Assembly: GCA_963753085.1 (NCBI GenBank)
Contig: CAVWBF010000015.1
Span: 25,821-89,820, forward strand
Origin: an uncultured Spirochaetota bacterium
Lineage (GTDB): Bacteria > Spirochaetota > Spirochaetia > SZUA-6 > Fen-1364
Direction of reading: 5' to 3'
Length of the DNA stretch: 64,000 nucleotides
Shown here: piece by piece, positions 9,144-18,128 of the stretch
Layout: every line of letters starts with the position of its first letter
How positions within the stretch are numbered: position 1 is the stretch's first letter
Notes under the pieces: generated by a model
The model's database searches: none
The model's input: the letters and a program-made list of their open reading frames with translations, nothing else
Told to the model about the DNA's origin: nothing
Translations under genes and position numbers: made by a program

Positions 9144-10641
9144 CTGATTCTCCAATTGAGTATGAAAGTATTTTCTCCTGCGTCGCATCCTTCCAGTCCA
9201 GCTCCGCCCGGATTTCCCCCCCGCCCATCACGAGTATCCGGTCGCATATCCCGAGCACTTCCTGGTGCTCGGAAGAGATCAGAATGATGCAGACGCCCTG
9301 ACGGACCAGATCGTTGATGAGCTCGTAGATCTCGACCTTCGCGCCGACGTCGACGCCGCGTGTCGGTTCATCCAGGATCAGCACCTTCGGCCGGGTCATC
9401 ATCCACTTGGCAAAGCAGACCTTTTGCTGGTTGCCGCCGGAAAGGTTTCCGACTTCCTGATCGATCGAGTAGCACTTGATGCGGAGGGCATCGACATAGC
9501 CATGGGCTTCTTTTGCCGCCAGCGCATGATCGATAATGCCCATCCGGGAAACCAGCCTGATGGCCGCCGCGGTGATGTTTTCCCTGACTCCCAGGAGAAG
9601 GACGAGGCCCTGCTCCTTGCGATTCTCGGAGAGACAGCTGATTCCCGCTTTGATGGCCTCGCGCGGGCTTCGAACGCCCAGCTCCTTCCCTTCCAGAATG
9701 AGCTTTCCACCGCCCTTGATGCCCCAGGCACCGATCAGGTTCATCGCCAGCTCAGTACGTCCTGAGCCGATCAGGCCGGCGAAACCAAGGATTTCCCCCT
9801 TGCGGACGCTGAAGCTGACATTTTTCACGACGGGTCGCTCAGGCACGTCGGGCGCAAACACTGTCCAGTTCTGAACCTCCATGACGGTGTCACCCGCCTG
9901 ATGCGCCTGCCGCGGGTACATCTGCGTGAGCTCGCGGCCCACCATCATGCGGATCATTTCGCTTCTGCCGATCTCCCCGACGGGCTTTGTTCCAATAACT
10001 TTTCCGTCGCGGAGCACCGTCACCGTGTCGGCAATCTGGAATACCTCGTCCAGACGATGCGAAATGTAGATGCAGCTCAACCCTTGCAGGCGGAGACCGC
10101 GTAACATCTCGAAGAGCCGGCTGACTTCCGCCTCGGAAAGGGACGAGGTCGGTTCGTCGAGAATCAGGATCCGGGCCCGCTTGTGCAGGGCTTTTGCGAT
10201 CTCGACGAGCTGCTGGTGCCCGACGCCCAGCTCTTTCATTTTTCTGTCGGGATTGATGGATTCCATGGAAACGTTTTTCAGGGAGGCTTTGACGATTGCG
10301 TTCTGCGCGTTCCAGTCGATAATTCCGTGGTGGGCGACCTCCTGGCCAACGAAGAAGTTCTCGCAGATGCTGAGCTCCTTCACCGTTGCCAGCTCCTGGT
10401 AGATGATGGCGACTCCCGCCTTCTCGCTGTCTCTAATCGACTGGAAAGCCTGTGCCCCCCCGTCGATGAGAATGCGCCCTTCGAAACTGCCGTGGGGGTA
10501 CACGCCGGCGAGAATCTTCACCATCGTGGATTTCCCCGCTCCGTTTTCGCCAACCAGTGCATGGATTGCACCGGGACGCAGAGAGAATTTCACCTTCTCG
10601 AGCGCCCGCACGCCGGGGAACTCTTTTGTGATTTCCTGCAT
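9136..10641 (-). CDS. xylG: sugar ABC transporter ATP-binding protein, XylG-type (two ABC domains)
   Basis: ORF 9136..10842 extends upstream into xylF. The first in-frame ATG after the xylF stop is 10641 (MQEITKEFPGVRALEKV). Walker A GENGAGKST, LSGGNQQK signature, second domain GLIGSGRTE. Family-like residues SSEYILE lie upstream of this ATG and a GGGGGGAG lies 31 nt upstream, so the true start may be non-canonical. Confidence 0.85.
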   Translation of the reverse strand: MQEITKEFPGVRALEKVKFSLRPGAIHALVGENGAGKSTMVKILAGVYPHGSFEGRILIDGGAQAFQSIRDSEKAGVAIIYQELATVKELSICENFFVGQEVAHHGIIDWNAQNAIVKASLKNVSMESINPDRKMKELGVGHQQLVEIAKALHKRARILILDEPTSSLSEAEVSRLFEMLRGLRLQGLSCIYISHRLDEVFQIADTVTVLRDGKVIGTKPVGEIGRSEMIRMMVGRELTQMYPRQAHQAGDTVMEVQNWTVFAPDVPERPVVKNVSFSVRKGEILGFAGLIGSGRTELAMNLIGAWGIKGGGKLILEGKELGVRSPREAIKAGISCLSENRKEQGLVLLLGVRENITAAAIRLVSRMGIIDHALAAKEAHGYVDALRIKCYSIDQEVGNLSGGNQQKVCFAKWMMTRPKVLILDEPTRGVDVGAKVEIYELINDLVRQGVCIILISSEHQEVLGICDRILVMGGGEIRAELDWKDATQEKILSYSIGESGE

Positions 10642-10751
10642 TTCGAGGATGTATTCGCTCGACGTATGCTCCCCCCGTCTTGAACAAAAGGGGAGGTATC
10701 GGAGCGCCCCGATGGGCGTCAGACACCTCCCGATTCCAGAAGAAGCCAAGT

Positions 10752-11762
10752 CTATTTCTGGTACACGTCTTCCCTGGTCATGTAACCCTTGTCGATGAGC
10801 AGGTTGAGGTTGTCCTTGGTGACGGTGATTGCCTCTCCCCAATACACAGGCACTTCCTTGAACTTGTTATTGATCGTGCCGTGGGTGTACTGGAGGAAGT
10901 TTGTCTTTTTCACAAGGGCAACGGCGATCTTTACCGCGTGGTCAGCAAGGGATTCCTGGTCGCGGAATACGGTCATGGATTGTGTTCCCTGGTAGATTCT
11001 GCGGGCGGCGTCTTTTCCTGCATCTCCGCCGGTGATGGGAACCTTCCCGGCCAACCCCTGGGCAGCGAGAGCCTGGATTGCGCCTCCGGCCAGGTTGTCA
11101 TTCGGGCTGAGAACCGCCTGGATGTTGTTGTTGGTCTTGGTGAGGGCGTTTTCCGTTATCTTCATCGCGTTCTCAGGCTTCCAGTCCGCGGCGTGCTGGT
11201 CCACGATGATCTTGATGTCTCCACGGTCAATGGAGGGCTGGAGGACCTTCATGGCGCCGGAGTGGAAGAGGAACCAGTTGTAATCTTCTTTCATCCCGCG
11301 AAGCACGATGTAGTTGCCCCTGGGAGCCACTTTCAGCAGATATTCGCCCTGCAGCTCTCCTGTTCTCACGAAATCGTCAGAGACGTGGGCATCCAGGTCA
11401 GCACCGAGAATCAGGCGGACAAAACCGACAACCGGAATCCCCGCTTTCTTGGCTGCGGCCACGGAGGTCGCGGCGGCATCGGCATCATGCGGGGCAATGA
11501 TGAGAACGTCGATTTTCTGCGAAATGAGATTCTCCACCTGGTTGTTCTGCCTCACGGGGTCGTTGTTGGCGATCTGCATGAGCACTTCGCAACCAGCCGC
11601 CTCACCGAACTTGATGAGATTGTTCTTGTCGCGCACCCATCGTTCGACTTCCTGGGTAGGCAGCGAAACACCGATTTTTATCTTTTTGCCCTGTCCCCAG
11701 ACGCCCATCGTGAGCATCGCGAACGCAAGAATGAGAAGGAAACCCTTTGTGAAAGTACGCAT
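10752..11762 (-). CDS. xylF: D-xylose ABC transporter substrate-binding protein
   Basis: 336-aa ORF with AAGGAGG RBS and a signal peptide. Long colinear resemblance to E. coli XylF as I recall it (ERWxxDxxxF, GNYxxxxG, FxxGxMKVLxPxxDxGxIKxxxDQ, WxPENAxKIxENALT, NDxxAGGAIQALxAQGLxGKVxIxGxDA, GTQxMTV). Confidence 0.9.
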   Translation of the reverse strand: MRTFTKGFLLILAFAMLTMGVWGQGKKIKIGVSLPTQEVERWVRDKNNLIKFGEAAGCEVLMQIANNDPVRQNNQVENLISQKIDVLIIAPHDADAAATSVAAAKKAGIPVVGFVRLILGADLDAHVSDDFVRTGELQGEYLLKVAPRGNYIVLRGMKEDYNWFLFHSGAMKVLQPSIDRGDIKIIVDQHAADWKPENAMKITENALTKTNNNIQAVLSPNDNLAGGAIQALAAQGLAGKVPITGGDAGKDAARRIYQGTQSMTVFRDQESLADHAVKIAVALVKKTNFLQYTHGTINNKFKEVPVYWGEAITVTKDNLNLLIDKGYMTREDVYQK

Positions 11763-11795
11763 TCCATAGTCCTCCTTAAAAGAGACATTCGATGA

Positions 11796-11845
11796 TGTCA
11801 GACAGACTTATTGACGTATTGCAGTATAGTAGCATTGTCAGACAG
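11796..11845. promoter_or_regulatory. two copies of the palindrome-containing 10-mer TGTCAGACAG (candidate GntR/FadR-type operators) in the xylF / regulator divergent region
   Basis: Exact TGTCAGACAG at 11796-11805 and 11836-11845, 40 bp centre to centre. The core TGTC-A-GACA is a perfect 9-bp palindrome with the GT-N-AC signature of GntR-family sites. On the xylF strand a TATACT box lies between them. Confidence 0.35.
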
Positions 11846-11972
11846 CATCAGGAGAACGGTAGCATGATTTGGTTCACCTGTCAAGAAAGAACTTTTCTTG
11901 GGGCGCTCTTGATATCTTTTTGAAATAAATGTATTAGTTATCCTACTATTCGACAATTGAAGGCAGGTAGAT

Positions 11973-12710
11973 ATGATGCACATAGAGAAGATACAGCGAA
12001 CTACGGTCGTTGAGCGTGTAATGGAAAAGATGAAGGAGCTGATTGCCACCGGTCAATTCAAGGTGCATGAGCAGATACCGCCCGAGCAGGAACTGGCCGA
12101 CATGTTCGGCGTAGCCCGGTCTTCAATGCGGGAGGCAATCAAGATTTTCCACTATCTCGGGGTACTCGAGTCTCAGACCGGGCGCGGAACCTACGTCTGC
12201 GACCGCGGCAAGATCTCTACGGAGGCGCTGACCTGGTCCATTCTGCTCGGCGAACACGATATCTACGAAATGATCCATCTTCGCGAGGTGCTGGAGCAGG
12301 CAGGTCTCAAGATCATTGCCGAGAGCTACCGCGATGATCCCGCCAGCGTGGCGTCCGTGATGGAAGAACTGGAAAATGAAGTGGCGGCCATGAGGGCAGC
12401 GACGGAGCAAAAGGACATGAACTCCCTTATTGAAGCTGACTACAACTTTCATGGAGCGATCATTCGGGGGGGCAAAAACTCCCTTTTCTCGGCCATTTAC
12501 AGCACCCTGAGGTCTTTCATGCAGGAGGAAATCAAGAAGACCTACGAGGGGGCGGATATCGGCAAGGCGGCAAGGGAACACCAGGAGTTTATTGATGCCA
12601 TCAAATCTGAAAACGTGGGAAAGGTTCTTGAACTCCATCAGTCGCATATAAGGAGCATAACGGTCAAGCTCGAGTCCATGCTGGGAACTGGGCAGCCTGC
12701 GATCGTCTAA
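11973..12710 (+). CDS. GntR-family transcriptional regulator, FadR subfamily (wHTH + FCD domain)
   Basis: 245-aa ORF. The N-terminal wHTH EQELADMFGVARSSMREAIKIFHYLGVLESQTGRGTYV is a classic GntR signature. The C-terminal helical domain carries DYNFHGAI. Confidence 0.85.
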   Translation: MMHIEKIQRTTVVERVMEKMKELIATGQFKVHEQIPPEQELADMFGVARSSMREAIKIFHYLGVLESQTGRGTYVCDRGKISTEALTWSILLGEHDIYEMIHLREVLEQAGLKIIAESYRDDPASVASVMEELENEVAAMRAATEQKDMNSLIEADYNFHGAIIRGGKNSLFSAIYSTLRSFMQEEIKKTYEGADIGKAAREHQEFIDAIKSENVGKVLELHQSHIRSITVKLESMLGTGQPAIV

Positions 12711-12832
12711 AGTTCTCAATCGTTCCCTGAATCGCTAAAAAAATAGGTTTTCGAGCAATAACTGCCTTGACAGGCCAGTTGTTGTATGATACGATTGTCC
12801 TACAATTTGGCAATTAGGCAATAGGGACGATA

Positions 12833-13558
12833 GTGAAAATCGAACGAATACAGCGCGAAACGGTCGTGGAGCAGGTCATGGAGAGGATAAAAGAGCTCTT
12901 CGCATCCGGACGATTCAAGGTCCACGACAAGTTTCCCAGCGAGCAGGAGCTGGCCGTTCTCTTCGGGATTGGCCGCAATTCCGTGCGTGAAGCCATCAAA
13001 GTTTTCCATTACCTGGGGATCCTCGAATCGCAGGCCGGAAAAGGGACCTACGTATGCGACAGGGATAACATCTCCACTGAGGCTCTGACCTGGTCAATTC
13101 TGCTGGGGGAAAACGACATCTTCGAGCTGATCCAGCTTCGCGAGGTCCTTGAGCAGGACGGCTTGAGCACACTCGCCACGAACCTTGCCAGAAGGTCAAA
13201 AGCGGCCCTGGAGACCGTAGGCGCACTCGAGCTTGAAATCGAGTCCATCAAGGCGGCCGTTGAGGCCCGGGACCTGGATGCGCTCATTCTGGCCGATTAC
13301 AGGTTCCATGGAAAAATCACTGGAGCAAGCGGAAACTCACTCTTCAGCGCAATCTACGCCACCCTGCGGGCCTTCATGCGCGAGGAGATCATGCGCACGT
13401 ATCGCGACGTCGACATCCGCAAGGGAATCGGGGAGCACCGCGAGCTTCTCGACACTATTTGCAGCGCGGACAAGCAGAAAGCGGTGGCGCTGCTTGGGAA
13501 GCACATCGGCGGCGTGCGGGAAAAGCTCAAGGAAGCAGCAGCGGAAAGGGAGTCCTGA
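12833..13558 (+). CDS. GntR-family transcriptional regulator, FadR subfamily; paralogue of 11973..12710
   Basis: GTG start. EQELAVLFGIGRNSVREAIKVFHYLGILESQAGKGTYV. By-eye identity to the upstream paralogue is about 60-65 percent over the first 110 aa. A TTGACA (12767-12772) with TACGAT 17 nt later is a possible promoter. Confidence 0.85.
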   Translation: MKIERIQRETVVEQVMERIKELFASGRFKVHDKFPSEQELAVLFGIGRNSVREAIKVFHYLGILESQAGKGTYVCDRDNISTEALTWSILLGENDIFELIQLREVLEQDGLSTLATNLARRSKAALETVGALELEIESIKAAVEARDLDALILADYRFHGKITGASGNSLFSAIYATLRAFMREEIMRTYRDVDIRKGIGEHRELLDTICSADKQKAVALLGKHIGGVREKLKEAAAERES

Positions 13559-13576
13559 ACGGACCGTTGGTCCGTT
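13558..13576. promoter_or_regulatory. 19-bp perfect palindrome AACGGACC-GTT-GGTCCGTT (candidate operator, or weak terminator hairpin)
   Basis: Directly read: AACGGACC is the reverse complement of GGTCCGTT. It starts at the last base of the regulator stop codon and lies 31 nt upstream of the binding-protein ATG. The half-site TGGTCCG resembles the E. coli FadR operator core as I recall it. Confidence 0.35.
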
Positions 13577-13606
13577 TAAGAAAATATCTGTCTCAGGGGG
13601 AAGGAA

Positions 13607-14602
13607 ATGAGCAAAGGAATGAAAGGGATTCTCGTCGTCGTTGCGCTTCTCATGTGCGGAACGCTCCTGTTCGCCGAGGGCGCGAAGAAGCAGTTTCTGA
13701 TCGCCTACTCGCAGGCGGAGCTCGTCAACGCGTGGCGCGTGACGAACCAGAAGGACATGGAGGCCTGGGCGCAGAAGCTCGGGGTGAAGCTGATCAGCCT
13801 CGACGCGAACCAGGATCCCGCCAAGCAGCTGTCGGACATCCAGAACATGCTCGCACAGAAGCCTGACGCCCTCATCCTGTCTCCGCTGGAGTCCAAGGCG
13901 CTCGTGCCGGCCGTGAAGATGTGCGCGGATGCAAAAGTTCCCCTCGTCGTCATCGACCGCACCATCGAGGCGGAACCAGGGAGCGGGATCTATAAGACCG
14001 AGATAACGCAAAGCCACGTCCTCTCGGGGCAGAAGCTTGCCGAGAAAGCAGTCGAGCTGCTCACGAAGAAATACGGCAAGCCCCGGGGCAACGTCGTTCA
14101 CGTGCAGGGCATGGCGGGAGCATCGCCAGTCATCGACGCGAACAGCGGGTGGGACCAGGTAATGGCGAAGTACCCCAAGATCAAGACCGTGGCCGTCGCG
14201 GACGCGGGCTTCACGACGGAAGGCGGGATGAAAGTCATGGAGGATTTCCTCCAGCGCTTCCCCAAGGGCCAGATCGATGTTGTTCGCACTGACTACAGCG
14301 CCATGACCATGGGAGCCCTCCAGGCCATCAAGAACGCCGGCCGCAAGGAGCTGCTCGGGTACGTGGTTGGAGAAGGCGGCCACTACCTGGCCATTCAGGC
14401 TGTCATCAACGGGGAGATCGCCCGCGAGACCCAGACCCCGCCGTATTTCGGCGAGCTCGCCCTCAAGAGCGCCCTTGACGTCCTTGGCGGGAAGAGCGTC
14501 CCTGCCAGGCAGCAGGTTCCCATCAAGGTTTTCGATTCCACCAACAAGAGCGCCGCCCAGGAGTATTTCATCGACATCAGAGCCAAGGGGCTGGAGTTCT
14601 AG
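13607..14602 (+). CDS. sugar ABC transporter substrate-binding protein (RbsB/periplasmic-binding-protein type I family)
   Basis: 331-aa ORF with RBS GGGGGAAGGA. Signal peptide MSKGMKGILVVVALLMCGTLLFA. PBP type I pattern (DANQDPAKQLSDIQNMLAQKPDALILSP, VPLVVIDR). Confidence 0.85.
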   Translation: MSKGMKGILVVVALLMCGTLLFAEGAKKQFLIAYSQAELVNAWRVTNQKDMEAWAQKLGVKLISLDANQDPAKQLSDIQNMLAQKPDALILSPLESKALVPAVKMCADAKVPLVVIDRTIEAEPGSGIYKTEITQSHVLSGQKLAEKAVELLTKKYGKPRGNVVHVQGMAGASPVIDANSGWDQVMAKYPKIKTVAVADAGFTTEGGMKVMEDFLQRFPKGQIDVVRTDYSAMTMGALQAIKNAGRKELLGYVVGEGGHYLAIQAVINGEIARETQTPPYFGELALKSALDVLGGKSVPARQQVPIKVFDSTNKSAAQEYFIDIRAKGLEF

Positions 14603-14658
14603 CACTCAGAGGGGCCGGGCCCTCCCGGCCCCCATTTTTCCCGTGGAGGAACGCTCGC

Positions 14659-16170
14659 ATGCCGGATTCTGTCCCGCTGCTCGCTCTTGCAGGAGTCAAT
14701 AAGTCTTTCTCAGGAGTGCAGGTGCTCCGTGACGTGTCCTTTGACCTGTTTCCTCGAGAAGTGCATTGCCTTGTCGGAGAGAACGGCGCCGGCAAGTCCA
14801 CGCTGATCAAAATCATCTCGGGGGCGTACCGCTTCGACAGCGGAGAGATCTCATACCTCGGGCGGCATCTTTCGCACGTGAATCCTCGCTGGGCCATCGG
14901 ACACGGCATCACCACCATCTACCAGGAGATCGACGTTGTCCCCGATCTCAGCGTGGTGGAAAACATTTTTCTGGGGCGGGAGCCACGGACTCCCCTTGGC
15001 TTCATCGACCGGGCGGCCATGCGTCAGCAGGCTCGGAAGCTCATGGAGGATATCGGAATCCAGCTCGACATGTCCGTCCCCGTGGGATCGCTGAAAGTCG
15101 CCCAGCAGCAGATGGTGGCGATCGCCAAAGCCCTGTCGCTTGAGAGCCGCGTCCTCATCCTGGATGAACCGACAGCGGTTTTCACGGCCTCGGAAGTCGA
15201 TGCGCTGTTCCGTGTCATCCGCAGGCTCAAGGACCAGGGTCTCGGGATCGTGTTTATTTCCCATCATCTCGAGGAGATCTTTCGAATCGGAGACCGGGTC
15301 ACGGTCCTGCGGGACGGCCGCGTCACCCGGATCGGGCTTGTTTCGGAGTTCGACAAGGACAGCCTTGTGCAGGCCATGGTCGGACGGGCAATCAACTTCG
15401 GTGATCGCGCTCCGGAAACCACCCCGGGAGAAGAGATCCTGAGAGTGAGCGGATTATCGCGGACCGGCTTCTATGCAGGAGTCTCTTTCGGGTTGCGCAG
15501 GAGGGAAATCGTCGGGGTGGCCGGCCTGGTGGGGTCCGGTCGCACTGAAATGGCTCGAGGCATTTTCGGAGCAGACCCCATCACCGCTGGCACGCTTACC
15601 GTGAAAGGGAAGAAAACCCGCATTCGCTCTCCGCACCACGCACTTGCACAGGGAATCGGAATGCTGCCGGAAAACCGCAAGGAGGAAGGGCTGGTCCAGG
15701 TCCGCCCTCTTCTCGAGAACGCCGCGTACAGCGCGGTGCAGGCCACCGCCCGGGCTGGTCTTGTGCGGTGGTCGCAAATCCGACGCGTGGTGCGGGCAGT
15801 GGTGAAAAAGGTGGAAGCCCGGTATCCCAGCCTCAATACCGAGGTCCGCTATTTGAGCGGGGGAAACCAGCAGAAAGTCGTCATCGCCAAGTGGCTGGCG
15901 GCCCGCAGCGACGTGCTGATCCTGGATGAGCCTACCCGCGGGGTCGACGTGGGAGCCCGGGAGGAAATCTACAAGCTCATGCAGCAGTTCAAGCAGGAAG
16001 GGAAGGCCATCCTCATGATCTCCTCCGACCTCCCGGAGATCCTCACCCAATCGGACAGGATCCTCATCATGGCAAAGGGACGAATCGTCGGCGAGCTCTC
16101 CAGAGAGGAGGCCACCGAGGAGAAGGTGATGAGCGTGGCCCTCGGAGTGGCCGGAGGCGGGGCATCGTGA
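14659..16170 (+). CDS. sugar ABC transporter ATP-binding protein (two ABC domains)
   Basis: 503-aa ORF with RBS GGAGGA. Walker A GENGAGKST, LILDEPT, second signature LSGGNQQK, ILDEPTRGVDVGA. Confidence 0.9.
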   Translation: MPDSVPLLALAGVNKSFSGVQVLRDVSFDLFPREVHCLVGENGAGKSTLIKIISGAYRFDSGEISYLGRHLSHVNPRWAIGHGITTIYQEIDVVPDLSVVENIFLGREPRTPLGFIDRAAMRQQARKLMEDIGIQLDMSVPVGSLKVAQQQMVAIAKALSLESRVLILDEPTAVFTASEVDALFRVIRRLKDQGLGIVFISHHLEEIFRIGDRVTVLRDGRVTRIGLVSEFDKDSLVQAMVGRAINFGDRAPETTPGEEILRVSGLSRTGFYAGVSFGLRRREIVGVAGLVGSGRTEMARGIFGADPITAGTLTVKGKKTRIRSPHHALAQGIGMLPENRKEEGLVQVRPLLENAAYSAVQATARAGLVRWSQIRRVVRAVVKKVEARYPSLNTEVRYLSGGNQQKVVIAKWLAARSDVLILDEPTRGVDVGAREEIYKLMQQFKQEGKAILMISSDLPEILTQSDRILIMAKGRIVGELSREEATEEKVMSVALGVAGGGAS

Positions 16171-17147
16171 CAGGGACACCATCCGCCCGTGAGCTTTTCC
16201 GCCGGCTTGGTCCCTACAGCGCCTGGGTCGTGCTTCTCCTCCTGCTCGCCTACGGGTCCATCGGCGTTCGCAACTTCCTCTCCACGGAGAACCTTTCCGC
16301 TGTTCTCTACCAGTATTCCATCATCGGGCTGCTCGCCCTTGGCCAGTTTCTGGTCATTCTGACCGCGGGGATCGATCTTTCCCAGGGCTCTCTCGTGGCT
16401 CTGACGTCCATCACCACGGCTCTCATCCTCTCACGGTACGGAATTCCCGTCGGGATCGCCGGCGGGGTTATCCTGGCAACGGGAGTTGGGGCCGCGAGCG
16501 GGTTCCTGGTATCCCGGACCACCATGCCCCCGTTCCTCGTAACACTCGGAATGATGGGAATCGCGCGCGGGCTGGCCCTGCAGATCGCCAACGCGCGGCC
16601 GGTCCCCATTTACAACGATGCCTTCATCGCTTTCGGCTCGAGCTCTTTCCTCTGGATCCCGGTGTCCACGTACATATGGCTCGGAGCTTCTCTCCTTGTC
16701 TTCTTCTTCCTGAACCGGCGTCCGTGGGGGAGGTATGTGTACGCGGTAGGATCAAGCGAGGAAAACTCGCGTTTGAGCGGAATCAAGGTGTCCTCCGTGA
16801 AGCTCGCGGTCTACGTGGCCTCCGCGCTGCTCACGGCCATCGGCGGTGTGATCTGGACGTCCCGTCTGGGCTCCGGGTCCCCCGTCGGCGGGGTCAACTA
16901 CGAGCTTGAAAGCATCGCCGCGGTGGTTGTCGGAGGCGGAAGCCTCTTCGGCGGAAGAGGGCGAGTGGATGGTGTCGTGGCGGGCGTGCTCATCTTCGGG
17001 CTGATCAACAGCGTCCTGAACCTTTCCGGCATCTCTCCGTTCTGGCAGGGGATGATCAAGGGCTTGATCGTGCTGCTCGCCGTTGCGCTCAGCCAGTTGC
17101 GAAGCCGTCCCCCCAGCGGGAGCACAGTGGAGCGCGCCCATGCGTGA
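16167..17147 (+). CDS. sugar ABC transporter permease (RbsC-like)
   Basis: GTG start overlapping the upstream stop (GTGA). LTAGIDLSQGS and YAVGSSEENSRLSGI motifs. Multiple TM segments. Confidence 0.85.
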   Translation: MTGTPSARELFRRLGPYSAWVVLLLLLAYGSIGVRNFLSTENLSAVLYQYSIIGLLALGQFLVILTAGIDLSQGSLVALTSITTALILSRYGIPVGIAGGVILATGVGAASGFLVSRTTMPPFLVTLGMMGIARGLALQIANARPVPIYNDAFIAFGSSSFLWIPVSTYIWLGASLLVFFFLNRRPWGRYVYAVGSSEENSRLSGIKVSSVKLAVYVASALLTAIGGVIWTSRLGSGSPVGGVNYELESIAAVVVGGGSLFGGRGRVDGVVAGVLIFGLINSVLNLSGISPFWQGMIKGLIVLLAVALSQLRSRPPSGSTVERAHA

Positions 17148-18117
17148 GATGAGCGGCATCCAGCAGTGGAGAGTTCGAACCAAGAGCGACACGCAGCGAA
17201 TGATCACGACCTTCGCTATCCTCGTCGTGCTCGGTGGAGCCGCGGCTGTCCTCTCCCGCGGGGTCTTCCTCAAGCCGACGAACCTCCTGAACCTCGTTTT
17301 TCAGAACGTCATCCTCGGAGTTGTTTCCCTCGGCCAGTACCTCGTCATCCTGACCGCGGGCATCGACCTGAGCGTCGGCTCCATGGTCGGCTTGAGCACC
17401 GTGCTGTTGATGGTGCTGCAATCACTGGGGCTTCCCGCGGCCCTCGTCGTGGCGGTAGCCGTGCCGCTCGCAATAGGGGCAGTCAACGGTTTCTTTGTGT
17501 CCGTCCGCAGGCTCCCCGCTTTCGTGGTGACCCTGGCCATGATGCTCTTCACGTACTCACTGGCGCAGGTCATCAGCGGCGGGGCAGGCGTCTACTCGGG
17601 CTTGAACGGCGCGCCCCTCTCCCCGGTTCTCGTGGCTTTCAACCAGAACGCCCTGATCGGCATTCCCTACCCGGCCATTGTCTGGATCGTCGTGATGTGC
17701 GCAGTCGGCCTGTACGGTCGCCTGAGCGTCGGGCATTTCGCCCACGCGGTTGGCGGGAACGAGAGGGCGGCCCTGCTCTCCGGCGTCCCCGTTGTCCTGG
17801 TGCGGTTCCTGGTGTACGCCGCATCGGGTTTGCTGGCCGCCGTGGGTGGAATTCTTGCCGTGGCACGCGTCGGTGAAGGGCACCCGGCCGCGGGCCAGAC
17901 GTATCTCCTGGATTCGATTGCCGCCGTCACGATCGGGGGAACAAGCCTGGCAGGGGGGGAAGGCAGCGTCATCGGAACGCTCATGGGGGTCATCATCCTG
18001 GGCACCATCAACAACATCATGAACCTCTTGAACGTCTCTCCGATGCTGCAGCCGGCCGTGAAAGGGGTCGTTATTCTCGTGGCCGTGTACATCAACAGCC
18101 GCCGTCAGCGCGGGTGA
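17140..18117 (+). CDS. sugar ABC transporter permease (second, RbsC-like)
   Basis: ORF 17083..18117. ATG 17140 overlaps the upstream stop (ATGCGTGA). LTAGIDLSVGS and HAVGGNERAALLSGV motifs. Confidence 0.85.
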   Translation: MREMSGIQQWRVRTKSDTQRMITTFAILVVLGGAAAVLSRGVFLKPTNLLNLVFQNVILGVVSLGQYLVILTAGIDLSVGSMVGLSTVLLMVLQSLGLPAALVVAVAVPLAIGAVNGFFVSVRRLPAFVVTLAMMLFTYSLAQVISGGAGVYSGLNGAPLSPVLVAFNQNALIGIPYPAIVWIVVMCAVGLYGRLSVGHFAHAVGGNERAALLSGVPVVLVRFLVYAASGLLAAVGGILAVARVGEGHPAAGQTYLLDSIAAVTIGGTSLAGGEGSVIGTLMGVIILGTINNIMNLLNVSPMLQPAVKGVVILVAVYINSRRQRG

Positions 18118-18128
18118 AGGGGGAAAAA

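Noticed and set aside
13337-14605. 422-aa minus-strand ORF antisense to the ABC substrate-binding protein gene
   Set aside because: The plus-strand gene has an RBS, a signal peptide and PBP-family motifs. The antisense product is low-complexity. This is a GC-rich shadow ORF.
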